The notes under the pieces: generated by a model
What the model was told of the DNA's origin: nothing
The model's input: the letters and a program-made list of their open reading frames with translations, nothing else
Databases searched by the model: none
Shown here: positions 28,397 to 40,175 of the stretch, piece by piece
Layout: each line of letters begins with the position of its first letter
How positions within the stretch are numbered: the first letter of the stretch is position 1
NCBI GenBank assembly: GCA_963842525.1
Contig: CAWJGT010000009.1
Span: forward strand, 1,911,832-1,975,831
Direction: 5' to 3'
Source of the DNA: an uncultured Holophagales bacterium
GTDB taxonomy: Bacteria > Acidobacteriota > Thermoanaerobaculia > Multivoradales > UBA5704
DNA length: 64,000 nucleotides
Translations under genes and position numbers: made by a program

Positions 28397-31300
28397 ATGA
28401 ATCTGCGCGTCTTCATCTCTTCTCCTGGAGACGTCGGCGAGGAGCGACGGCTCACCGCCCGCGTCATCGAACGCCTGCAGTACGAGCTCGGACCCAGGGT
28501 CGACCTCGAGCCGATCTTCTGGGAGCACGAGCCGTTGCGCGCCACCGGCAGCTTCCAGGACGAAATCCCGCTTCCCTCCCAGGCCGACATCGTCGTCTCC
28601 ATCCTCTGGTCGCGACTTGGAACGCGCCTGCCCGCGCACCTCACGCGTCCGGACGGCAGCCGCTACGCCTCCGGCACCGAGTTCGAGCTCGAGAACGCGA
28701 TGCATTCCTTCCGGGAAAAGGGGACCCCCGACCTCCTCGTCTACCGCAAGACGACCCGGCCGCTCACCGAATTGGATTCGGAGGAGCGCGTGATGGAGCG
28801 GTTGGGGCAGAAGAGGGCCCTCGACGGCTTTCTCAAGACGTGGTTCCAGGACGCCGAGGGCTCGTTCACAGCCGCGTTCCATGCCTTCGATACGTCCGCC
28901 CGGTTCGAGGAGCTGCTGGAGGAGCACCTCCGCCGTCTGATCGACGCCCGCCTGCGCCGGCAGCCGTCCGGCGAGCCGGCCCCCGTCCGGCCGCGGTGGC
29001 AGCGCGGCTCGCCGTTCCGCGGTCTGCAGAGCTTCGAGATGGAGCACGCTCCTGTCTTTTGCGGCCGCACCTCCCAGGTCGGCGACGTGCTGAACGCCCT
29101 GCGCCGGCAAGCGGCGGTCGGCAAGCCGTTCCTCCTCGTCACGGGCATGAGCGGCTGCGGCAAATCGTCCCTCGTGCGCGCCGGTGTGCTGCCGGAGCTG
29201 ACCTATCCCAACGTCATCGAGGGGATCGGCTTCTGGCGCTACGCGAGCTTCGTGCCGGGCAACAGCTCCAGTGACCTGTTCAACGGCCTCGCCCAGGCGC
29301 TGCTCGAAGACCATGCCCTCAAAGAGCTGCGCCAGAGCGGGACCGGCATCCACGAGCTGGCCATGCTGCTGCGGGAGCGTCCGGCCACGGCCGTGCCGCT
29401 CCTGCGTTCGGGCCTGTCCCAGGCAGCGCGCGAGGCCCAGCGTCTCGAGCGCCTCGAGCAGGAGCCCGCGGCCCGCCTGGCGCTGCTCGTGGACCAGATG
29501 GAGGAGATCTTCACCATCGAACGCTTCACCGCCGCGGAGCGGCAGAGGTTCGAACGCCGCCCTCGGCGCGCTGGTGCGGAGCGGAACGGTCTGGGTGCTC
29601 TGCACGCTGCGCAGCGACTTCTACCACCGCTGCGCCGAGCTTCCCGAGCTGATGTTTCTCAAGGAGGGCGCCGGCCAGTACGACCTCCGCTCGCCGGGCG
29701 CCGCCGAGATCGGGCAGATCATCCGCCAGCCGGCGCGGGTCGCAGGCCTCTGTTTCGAGGAGGACCCGCAGACCGGAGAGCGCCTGGACGACGTGCTGCG
29801 CGATGCCGCCGTCAAGGATCCCGCGGCGCTGCCGCTTCTCGAATTCACCCTCGACGAGCTGTACAAGCGGCGGACGGACGACGGGCTGTTGACCTTCGCG
29901 GCCTACCGCGAGCTCGAAGGGGTCGAGGGCGCTCTGGCCCACCGGGCCGAGGAGGTCTTCGCCGGCCTGCCGGCCCCCGCGCAGGCCGCGCTGCCTTCGG
30001 TCCTCTCCGCTCTAGTGACCCTGAGCACCGAGGAGGAGCGCGCCGTGGCTCGCCGGCGGGTGCCGCTCGCGGCCTTTGCGGTGTTTGCGGCATCGCGAGA
30101 GGCGAAGACCCTGGTCGACGCCTTCATCGAGCACCGGCTCCTGGTCACCGACCGGGCGCACGACGGGACGCCGGTGGTGAGCGTCGCCCATGAGGCGTTG
30201 CTCCACCGCTGGCCGCGTGCCCGCAAGTGGCTCGCGGACAACGAGGAGCTGCTGCGCACCCGCGCCCGGATCCAATCCGCGGCCGCCCTGTGGCGCCAGG
30301 AGGGGGAAGGGACCGGGTTCCTCATCCCCGAAGGCAAGCTGTTGCGCGCCGCCGAGACGCTCCTCGCGGACTCCGGCGGCCATCTCGGGGAGGGCGAGGC
30401 GGAGCTGGTGCGCGCCTCGCTGGCGGCCGTGCAGACCGGGCGCCGCCGGCAGACGCTCTGGCGCGCCGCGGCCGTCGCGGCCGTCCTGCTCGTGGTCGTG
30501 GCGGCCTGGGCCGTCTGGTATCTCTACTTCCGCGACTACCTCACCTATTACAACAGCTTCACCAAGCGCTTCGGCAAGCCTGCCGGCGTCGGCGAGGTGG
30601 CAGGGAGAGACGTCCGCCACCGGCAGTGGGTCCTCCGCTTCACCCAGGAGGGGCGCCGCGGTCCGGTGATGCGGGTCGAGGCGGTCAACGGCTCGGGATA
30701 CCGGACGCCCCTCCACATGGTCAACCGGTACATCTCTGGCGTGGAGTCGGACATCCTCAATCTGGGTGAGCGGGAGTGCGCGTGGCTCTTCGACTACGAC
30801 GCCCAGGGGGACCTCCTGCGGGAGCGAGGTGAGAGCTGCGCCGGCCGGAGGGTCTACGAGTTCCAGTACAAGGGCGGGCCGACGAAGGACAACATCATCA
30901 TTGCGGAGTTCACCAGGGACGGCATCGCCGCGCCCCAGGCGGAGTCGGGAGCCGCGCTGGTCCAGTTCGCGCGGGACAAGGAAGGGTTCGACAGGAAGGT
31001 CTGGTACCTGGACAGCGCCGGCCAGCGCAAGCCGGGGCGCGACAGGTCCTATGGCATGAGCTTCGAAGAGCTCGACGACACCGGCCTGCCACGGCGCATC
31101 GTCAATCTCGGACCTGACGGCTATGCGGCCCTCCATCAGGATGGCTGGGTCGAACAGACCGCGGACTATGACGAAGCCGGCAGGATCGTCGAGGTGACCT
31201 ATTCCAGCCGCCAGGGAACGCGGGTGCTGAACCGGGAGGGATTCGCGAGGGCAACCCTGAAATATGACCGGTCTGGAAACGTCGAAGAGATCCGCAGGTT

Positions 31301-33401
31301 CAACGAGCGCAACCTGCCGGTCCCCGGAACTGCGCTCCTGAGAAACACCTATGACGAGAAGGGGAACCTGCTCCGCGTCACTTACCTCGACGGCGAAGGA
31401 CGGCACACCTACGATTCCAACGGCAGCTTCGGCATCTCGCTGGAGTATGACGGGCGCGGGCGTGTCAAGGCGGAGACGGCCCTCGACGAGCGCGGGCAGC
31501 CGATCCTCACCACCCTCGGGATCGCCCGGCTCGCGCTCGAATACGACGACCATGGCAACATCGCCCTGGCCTCGTTCTTCGACGAGAAGCAGCGGCCGAC
31601 CCGCCGCGTCGGAGGGATCGCGCGCATGGCGTGGAAGTATGACGAAGAAGGCAATCGGATCGAGGAATCCTACCTGGACGCTGGCGGCCAGCCGTTGCGC
31701 GCCCAGAACGGATTCGCCAGGAAGCAGCTTAGGTACGACCCGCGCCGCGACGTGGTCGTCGAAGAAGCCTATTTCGACGAGAGAGGCCACCCCGCATACA
31801 ACGACGAGGGGATCGCGAGGTGGCGGTCGGAGCACGACCCGGGGAAGCGGGTGGAGAAGCTGCTCTATCTCGACCAGGCAGGCGAGCCGATGTTGAGCCT
31901 GCGGGGAGCGGCCCAGAAGTGGGCCCGGTCCGACGAGCTCGGCAACGTCGTCGAAGAGTCCTATCACGGTTTCCAGGCCGAGCCTGTGGCCATCTCGGCG
32001 GGCTACGCGACACTCGCGACAACCTACAACGAGCGGGGGACTCCGACCCGCGTCTCCTACTTTGATCCCAATGGACAGCCGGCGTGGGTCCGGCACGACG
32101 AGAAGGATCAACGGGGGCAGACGATTCTGGAGATCTCGGGTTGCGCAGGCGTCGAGAAGACCTACGACACCCGCGGGTACCTGTCCGAGCTGACGTGCCT
32201 GGATGATCAAGGGCGGCCGACGAGGTCCGCCGAGGGCCATACGACGGTGAAGCTCCATCACGACGAGCGTGGATATCGGATCGGTAAGAGCTTCCTCGAT
32301 GCGGACCGGAATCCTTTTGCGGGACCCGACGGCATCGCCCGGATCCGCTGGCGTTGCGACCGGTTCGGCAACCCGATCGAGGAGACCTACTTCGATCCCT
32401 CCGGCCGGCCGACCCTGCACGCCGGTGGATACGCGAAGGTGGCCCGGAAGTACGATTCCTGGGGCTCTCCCGTGGAAGAGCGCCACCTTGATGGAGAAGG
32501 CCGGCTGGCCCACGGCTATGCACGGGCCGTGACGCGCTACGGCATCCGGGGAGAGCCCCTGGAGATCGCCTTCTTTGACGAGAAGGGCCTGCCCACCCGG
32601 GCCCAGGACGGCTCCGGAAAGATCACCTTCCGTTATGACGGCAAGGGCAGGATGGCGGAAGTCGCCTTCTTCGACGAGCACAAGGAACCTGTCGCTGCGG
32701 GCGTGGCGAGGAAGACTTTCGAGTACGACCTGAGCGGACGACAGGAGCAGGTCGTCTCCTACGATCGCTGGGGCAACATCCTTGGAAGGGAGACCAGCCA
32801 GCCGCTCCGCACCGCCTCCATGCCGCAACCAGCCGCGGCGCGGCCGTTGGAACCGCCGGCCCAGCCTCAGCCAGAGATCGCAAGGGCCCCATCCCGGCCG
32901 GCCGCCAAGGAGCCCGCGCCTGCTGCGAGACCGGACCGCGGCGTTCAGTTGGCCGCCGCCGATCCGGCCCCTGCCGTCGCGCCGGCTGCTGCCCCGGCCC
33001 CGCCAGCCGAACCGCCGGCTGGCGATCTGGAGGCCACCATCTCCGCTCTGGTCTCCGGGAGCGAGAGGATCCTAGAGAGCTACGAGGAGTTCCTGGACCG
33101 TGAAGAACGCGATCCGGAGGGAGACGAGGCAACGCTCGCCGAGCGGCTGGAGGAGCTCGTCGAGGCGGCCGAGGAGCTGCAGAAGGCCTTCCGCCGGGCC
33201 ACGGGCCAGGGGGGCGGGATCCGCAACAGGCTCGGTCTGAACCGGCCCGGCAGCTCGGAGGCAGCCGGCCTGCTCCAGCAACGGAAGTCGGAGCTGATCC
33301 GGCTCGGCTCGGTCATCGACGGCCTCGCCAGGACCTATCCCTTGGGGCCGCAAGCCGCCGCGCAGTGGCAAGAGATCCAGCGCCACCTCCGGCGACTCTA
33401 G
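28397..33401 (+). CDS. TIR-like (DUF4062-type) + nSTAND1 NTPase + TM + long YD-like repeat region (indel near 29560)
   Basis: RVFISSPGDV..ER, SPFRGL..F, GMSGCGKSSL, VDQMEEIF, LRSDFY, LPLLEFTL, VAHEALL; TM AAAVAAVLLVVVAAWAVW; many YDxxG repeats. Confidence 0.85.
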
Positions 33402-33461
33402 GGGGGTGAATACGGAGCAAGCCAGCCCGAATGAACTGGCTGAGCCCATCAGGGGCGAGTT

Positions 33462-33489
33462 AAAGCCCGGCGATTCATCGCCGGGCTTT
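33462..33489. terminator. Perfect 13-bp inverted repeat (terminator or REP)
   Basis: AAAGCCCGGCGAT-TC-ATCGCCGGGCTTT, 60 bp after the stop. Confidence 0.5.
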
Positions 33490-33582
33490 CTCGCCGGCTC
33501 ACAGCAATGGGCTAGCCTCCAGAATTTGCTTGACGCCGGTTCCCTGGCCTTATAACCTGTACCCATCACACGAGGGAGGTCT

Positions 33583-34466
<884 letters not shown>

Positions 34467-34628
34467 CGAGCTTCCGCCGTCTCCGACCTCGACGTTGTCC
34501 TTGACCTCGGCACGCTTGCGCGTCGTGCCGAGGTAGTTGTCGTTCTCCTCTGTCACTCCTGCGATTCCTCGCGAGATCGTCCCACTACAGGACCAGGAGC
34601 TCGGCTCCGTTTCAACAAGGAGGAAGAC

Positions 34629-36620
34629 ATGAGAACAGCTCTGTGTATGGCCCTGTTCGTTCTGTTCCTTGCCGGACCGCTGACCGCAGCCGATGACCCG
34701 CTGGCGCAGGCGGCCAAACTGTCGAAGTCCGCCACCGAGGCGACGAAGGCGGCGAACGCCGCAGTCCTCAAAGAGCTGCCGTTCCAGAACCGCGAAGACT
34801 TCGCGGAGGCGCAGCGCGGGCTGATCGCCCCGCTTTCACCGACCGTCGTCAAAGGCTCCACCCCTGTACCAGTCTGGAACCTGGATGCCTATACACGGTT
34901 CGTCAGCGTCGACACCCCCGCGCCCGACACCGTCAACCCCAGCCTCTGGCGGCAGCTCCAGTTGCTGACCATCGCGGGCCTGTTTCAAGTCACCGACCGG
35001 GTGTACCAGGTCCGCGGCTATGACCTCTCCAATATCAGCATCATCGAAGGGGACACGGGCCTGATCATCATCGATCCGCTGATCAGCGAAGAGACCGCGC
35101 GGGCGGCCCTCGACCTCTACTACAAGAACCGGCCGAGGAAGCCCGTCGTGGCGGTGATCTTCACCCACAGCCATGTCGATCACTACGCCGGCGTCATGGG
35201 GGTCGTCTCGGAAGAGGATCTCAAGGCCGGCAAGGTGAAGATCATCGCCCCTGAAGGCTTCCTGGACGAGGCGGTGAGCGAAAACGTGATGGCCGGCAAT
35301 GCGATGGGCCGCCGCGCCACCTATATGTACGGGGCCTTCCTGCCCAAGGGGCCGAAGGGCCAGACGAGCGCCGGCCTCGGGCTCACCAACTCGCTCGGAA
35401 CCCAATCGCTCCTCGATCCGACCGACACCATCACCGAGACGGGGCAGGAGATGGCGATCGACGGAGTGCGCATCGTCTTCCAGCTCACCCCGGGCACCGA
35501 GGCGCCCGCGGAGATGAACTTCCATTTCCCTCAATTCAAGGCCCTGTGCATGGCCGAGAACATGGCCGCCACCTTTCACAATGTTTTGACCCTGCGCGGC
35601 GCCAAGGTGCGCGATCCGCTGCGGTGGAGCAAGTACATCCAGGAGGCGATCGATCTTTTCGGAGATGAGGCGCAGGTGGTCTTCACCAGCCATCACTGGC
35701 CGAAGTGGGGCCGCGACCAGATCCTCAACTACATGTCGAAACAGCGTGACCTCTATAAATACATCAACGACCAGGCGGTGCGGCTGTTCAACCAGGGCTA
35801 CACCATCATCGAGCTGGCGGAGATGATCGAATTGCCCCCGAGCCTTGCGCAGGAGTGGTTCAACCGCGGCTACTACGGAACCGTCAACCACAATGCCAAG
35901 GCGGTCTACCAGCGCTTTATCGGCTGGTTCGACGGCAACCCGGCGCACCTCTACACCTACCCGCCGTCCGAGGGGGGGAGGCGTTACGTCGAATTTATGG
36001 GAGGTGCCGACGCGGTCCTCGCGAAAGCGGAGGAGTCGTTCGCCAAAGGAGACTACCGCTGGGTGGCCGAGGTGGTGAGCCACGTGGTCTTCTCCGACCC
36101 GGAGAACCGGCGGGCGCGGAACCTGGAAGCCGACGCCCTCGAGCAACTCGGCTATCAGGCCGAGAGCGGCCCCTGGCGCGACTTCTTCCTGATGGGGGCG
36201 CAGGAGCTCCGCGTCGGAGTCTTCAAGCCGGGCGGCACGAGCGGCGGCGTGAGCTCCGACATCATCCAGGCCATGGACGCCGACCTGCTGCTCGACTACG
36301 TCGCCATCCACCTGAACGGCCCCCGCGCGGCCGGCAAGACCGGCAGCTATGACTTCGTCTTCACCGACCTCGGCCAGACCTGGCGGGTGACCCTGCAGAA
36401 CGCGGTGCTCCAATACGCACAGGTGCGCCCGGGCACGGCGGCGGACGCCACGCTCACGCTCACCCGTGTCACGCTGAACTCGGTCATCGGCGGCGAGACG
36501 ACCTTCGATCAGGCGGTCCGCTCGGGCTCCATCCAGGTGAGCGGCAGCATCGCCAAGGCGACCGAGCTGTTCTCGCTGATGGACACCTTCGACTCCTGGT
36601 TCAATATCGTGACGCCGTGA
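34629..36620 (+). CDS. Alkyl/aryl sulfatase (SdsA1/BDS1-type MBL fold + dimerisation + SCP2 domain)
   Basis: Signal peptide, VNPSLWRQ, YQVRGYDLSN, THSHVDH, PGTEAPAE, SHHWP. Confidence 0.93.
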   Translation: MRTALCMALFVLFLAGPLTAADDPLAQAAKLSKSATEATKAANAAVLKELPFQNREDFAEAQRGLIAPLSPTVVKGSTPVPVWNLDAYTRFVSVDTPAPDTVNPSLWRQLQLLTIAGLFQVTDRVYQVRGYDLSNISIIEGDTGLIIIDPLISEETARAALDLYYKNRPRKPVVAVIFTHSHVDHYAGVMGVVSEEDLKAGKVKIIAPEGFLDEAVSENVMAGNAMGRRATYMYGAFLPKGPKGQTSAGLGLTNSLGTQSLLDPTDTITETGQEMAIDGVRIVFQLTPGTEAPAEMNFHFPQFKALCMAENMAATFHNVLTLRGAKVRDPLRWSKYIQEAIDLFGDEAQVVFTSHHWPKWGRDQILNYMSKQRDLYKYINDQAVRLFNQGYTIIELAEMIELPPSLAQEWFNRGYYGTVNHNAKAVYQRFIGWFDGNPAHLYTYPPSEGGRRYVEFMGGADAVLAKAEESFAKGDYRWVAEVVSHVVFSDPENRRARNLEADALEQLGYQAESGPWRDFFLMGAQELRVGVFKPGGTSGGVSSDIIQAMDADLLLDYVAIHLNGPRAAGKTGSYDFVFTDLGQTWRVTLQNAVLQYAQVRPGTAADATLTLTRVTLNSVIGGETTFDQAVRSGSIQVSGSIAKATELFSLMDTFDSWFNIVTP

Positions 36621-36664
36621 CATAGAATCCTCGGGAACGACCAAACCGACAGGGGATTCAGGGA

Positions 36665-37132
36665 ATGAGCAACCTCGATGGACTGGCAGCCTGCGCGGGG
36701 AGCTGGAGCGGCACGAACCGGCTCGAGGATCCGCACAACAACCTGGCTGAGGACTCGCCGGGGACCGCGACCGTGACCCCCGTGCTGGGCGGCAGGTTCG
36801 TCCGGCTCGACTACACCTGGGCTACCAGGGCAAGCCGCAGGAGGGATCTATTCTGTTGGGCTGCGACCCGAAGGAAGGCACCGTCTCCGCGAATTGGGTC
36901 GATTCCTGGCACATGGGCAGGAAGATGATGACGTGCCAGGGTAAGGTGTCAGACGACGGCGCCCTCTCGGTGCGCGGTTCCTATGCCGCGCCTCCGGGTC
37001 CTGATTGGGGTTGGCGGATCGACGTCACCCCTGGTGGCTCTGAGGGCCGAGGCGCTCCGGATGGTGATGTATAACATCTGGCCGGAGGGGAAGGAAGAGC
37101 TCGCGGTCGACGCGTCGTACACCAGGGCTTGA
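36665..37132 (+). CDS. DUF1579-like protein (indels)
   Basis: GSWSG, LGGRFV..DY.W, WVDSWHMG, GSY...PDWGWR. Confidence 0.7.
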
Positions 37133-37191
37133 GGCGCTTCAGACATCGCCTGGGCACGATAGTTGGGCAAAGGAATTCAGGGCAGGCGTGT

Positions 37192-37217
37192 GTAGGGGCA
37201 ACCCTTGTGGTTGCCCT
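37192..37217 (+). repeat. Single GTAG-type REP
   Basis: GTAGGGGCAACCCTTGTGGTTGCCCT hairpin. Confidence 0.7.
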
Positions 37218-37398
37218 CGGTCTCTCCGACCGTCCTCTTCGGAGTCGGCGACCGCGCGGAAGGTCGAGTCCTGGAAACGGGTGATATAGAGGTCGTCGGG
37301 CAGCCAGGCACGGACGCTCCGGCCGTCGCGGATCGCCCTGATGGGCCATTCGCGCGGCGGCGACGAGGTAGACTGAAAGCTAGCGAGGAGAAGCCGGA

Positions 37399-38740
37399 AT
37401 GTTGGAACCAGTCCTCGTCAGCGCGTTGCTCGGCGCTGGTATCTTGCTCGGCGTGGTCAGGACGCGCCAACGCCTGCGGGCCTGGCAGAATGCTGTGGAA
37501 TCGTGCGGCTTGCAGGATGTGGAGGTCTCTGGCTGGAAGCCGCGGCTCACGGCACAAGCGGGATCGATAAGGGTTCGCATTGAGGCTTGTCGAGGCAAAG
37601 GGCGATCCGCTCGAATTGTGGCCCTGGTTCCAGGCCCGCCGGGTTTCCACAACATAAGGATCCGCCCTGAGTTACCCTTGCGGTGGACGCCGGAGATCTA
37701 GATCGGAGCCCCGTTTTTCGACGACTCATTTTTCATTGAGGGACCGGCGAAGCTTGTATGTGCGCTGCTCGACGCAGAGACTCGCCGTCTGCTGACCAGC
37801 ATCCATGCCGACAGCCGCTGGCTGGAGGTCGTCAATGGCGAGCCTCCGAGCAGAGAGGTTCCGCAACGGCATCTCGTCCGTCTTGCCACTCCTCCTCGAC
37901 CTCGCCCGGAGGCTCGCTCAGCCTCTGGACATCCCGCAACGCCTGGCCGAGAACGCCCGCCGGGACCCCGAGGCCGGGGTACGGCTTCAGAACCTGTTCG
38001 TTCTGGTTCGTGAGCTCCCTGAGGATGATCCGGTGACCGCCGAGGCGCTTCGCACGGCCTGCTCGGACCCAAGCCCGGCGATCCGGCTGCGCGCGGCCAG
38101 AAAGCTGGGGGCCGAAGGCCGCAGCGTCCTCGTGGAGCTTGTGGAGAGCCTGGAGGATGACACCTCGAGCGCGCAGGCCATCTCGATCTTGGAGCGCGAG
38201 CTGCCGTCCGAGCGTACGATCGCCATCCTCGACCAGGCCTTGCAGAGGCGCCGCCTCCAGACGGCCCACGCCTGCCTGGTGTTGCTCGGCCGCTATGAGT
38301 TCACCCCAGTGGACACGCTCGCGAACGTGATGGCGCGCGAAAGCGGTGAGTTGGCGGTGACCGCGGCACTGGCCCTGGGAGAGACTGGAAACGCCGCGGC
38401 AGAGCAACCGCTGATCCTGGCCCTCCAGCGTGGGCAGGCAGATCTTCGGGTCGCCGCAGCCAACGCGCTGGCTCGCATCGGCTCGGTTGCAGCCGTGCTG
38501 CCGCTGAAAGAAGCGGCCGAACGCTTCCCGCGCAACTCCGCGCTCCTCTCGGCCACGCGGCAGGCGATTGCCGAGATCCAGTCCCGCATCCAGGGCGCCT
38601 CGCCCGGTCAGCTCTCGCTGGCTGCAACCGAAGCCGGCCAGTTGTCATTGGCAGAGGCCGAGGCAGGCCGGCTTTCGCTCGCCACGGACACGGGCGGGCG
38701 GCTTTCGTTTCAAGGCTCCGAAGAAGGGGTGACAGATTGA
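37399..38740 (+). pseudogene. Membrane-anchored HEAT-repeat protein, paralog 5 (in-frame TAG at 37699 plus indel)
   Basis: GAGATC-TAG-ATCGGA where paralogs have GAGATC-GAG-ATCGGA; C-terminal HEAT/GQLSLA region intact. Confidence 0.75.
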
Positions 38741-39093
38741 CTCCGCTGGGAGCGCCGGCTCCCTTGCCGCCTTCGGCGGCTCGGACACCGTGATGTTTCT
38801 CGGCGGCTCGGAACTCCCAGGGTCGGCCAGAAGCCGCCGTCGCAAAGCCGAAACTGAGACACTTATTTCGTGACGAGCCCTAACCAAAGAAAGGCCGGCC
38901 CTTAGCCGGCCGGCAGGATGCCGGCAAGGCTTCACGCCGGGCTCTCCTCTGGGGTTGGGGCGGCCAGCCTATAACAGGCGCCGGGAGGGATGAAGAAGGG
39001 GGGGCGGCGTGTTAGTCTGGTTATGACGCAAGGCGGCCGGACCTTGGCTAGAATGAAGGCCTGCCGCTCTTCCGCGCGGCTAAGGGGAACACC

Positions 39094-39525
39094 GTGAGCT
39101 TGAGCACCGCCCATTACGCCCGCTGCATAGAGACCTTGGAGAGCTCCCTCTCTTATTTGCGGCAAGCGGAAGCCGAAAGCATCGACTACGAGATCTTCCG
39201 TAACGCCGTGATCAAAGGATTCGAGCTCACTCTAGAGACTGCGGGAAAGCTGCTGCGAAGAGCCCTCCAGGCTTTTGTTGGCAGCCCGCGTGCAGTTGCT
39301 GCGCTGAGCTACAAGGATGTTTTACGCCACGCTGCCAGTCATGGACTGATGAGCACCGAGACCGTAGCCAGGTGGTTCACTTATCGTGACAACCGGAACA
39401 ATACAGCCCATGACTACGGAGTGGGTTTCGCCGAGGAGACTCTGAAGCTGTTGCCAGCCTTCATCGAGGATGCACGCACGTTGGAAGCCACCTTGCGGGA
39501 GAAGTTGGGCGATGCCGAAACTTGA
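39094..39525 (+). CDS. HEPN (HI0074-type nucleotidyltransferase substrate-binding) protein, putative toxin
   Basis: IKGFELTLE; RNNTAHDY (Rx4H). Confidence 0.9.
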   Translation: MSLSTAHYARCIETLESSLSYLRQAEAESIDYEIFRNAVIKGFELTLETAGKLLRRALQAFVGSPRAVAALSYKDVLRHAASHGLMSTETVARWFTYRDNRNNTAHDYGVGFAEETLKLLPAFIEDARTLEATLREKLGDAET

Positions 39526-39832
39526 CCTTGGGCGGGAGAGTCTCGAGATGGTACGGCGTCTGCTCGCCTCCCATGTCCCCGCGACCGAAGTCTGGGCGTA
39601 CGGAAGCCGCGTGACCGGCCAGGCGCACGACGGCAGCGACCTCGACCTCGTGGTCCGCGATCCGATTGAACCGGCACATCCCCAGAAGGGATTGGCTGAG
39701 CTGCGAGAAGCCCTTTCGGAGAGCGATCTTCCGATTCTGGTCGACGTCTTCGACTGGGCGCGCCTCCCGGATCACTTTCGCCGGGAGATCGAGCGGGCGC
39801 ATGTGGTGGTGTGGAGCGGGGCTCCTGCCTGA
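39512..39832 (+). CDS. Minimal nucleotidyltransferase (MNT), putative antitoxin
   Basis: AYGSRVTG...SDLDLVV; LPILVDVFD; overlaps the HEPN gene. Confidence 0.9.
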   Translation: MPKLDLGRESLEMVRRLLASHVPATEVWAYGSRVTGQAHDGSDLDLVVRDPIEPAHPQKGLAELREALSESDLPILVDVFDWARLPDHFRREIERAHVVVWSGAPA

Positions 39833-39879
39833 CCCTCTGCGGGGCTCCGGATGCACCTATAGAGGAGAAAGGGGGAGTC

Positions 39880-40139
39880 ATGACCCGAAACGCCTGGTTG
39901 TCTCTGATTGCCGCCGCTGTTCTCGGGGGCGTGCTTCGCCGGCGCCCTCTGTCATCCTGCTAACACCGGCCGAGAAAGCCCGTCGTAGCGGTGATCTTCA
40001 CGCACAGCCACGTCGATCACTACGGCGGTGCGGCTGTTCAACGCAGACGCAGCGGGATGCGTCCGCGGATGCCACGCTCACGCTCACACATCGTGACGCC
40101 GTGACATAGGATCCCTGGGGACGACCGAGCTGACAGGGA
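39880..40139 (+). pseudogene. Multiply deleted relic of an alkyl sulfatase paralog
   Basis: Four collinear blocks match 35128-35187, 35774-35792, 36441-36463 and 36606-36654. Confidence 0.85.
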
Positions 40140-40175
40140 GGGTTGCGATAGCATCCTGCCGACGGGAGGGTCCAC

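Noticed and set aside
30500-32800. RHS polymorphic toxin
   Set aside because: No RHS core terminal motif, no toxin tip or immunity gene; the repeats follow a TM in a STAND protein.
20933-32828. Long antisense ORFs (e.g. 20933..24229, 30012..32828; also 40038..42833)
   Set aside because: Shadow frames of real genes in high-GC DNA, with no motifs.
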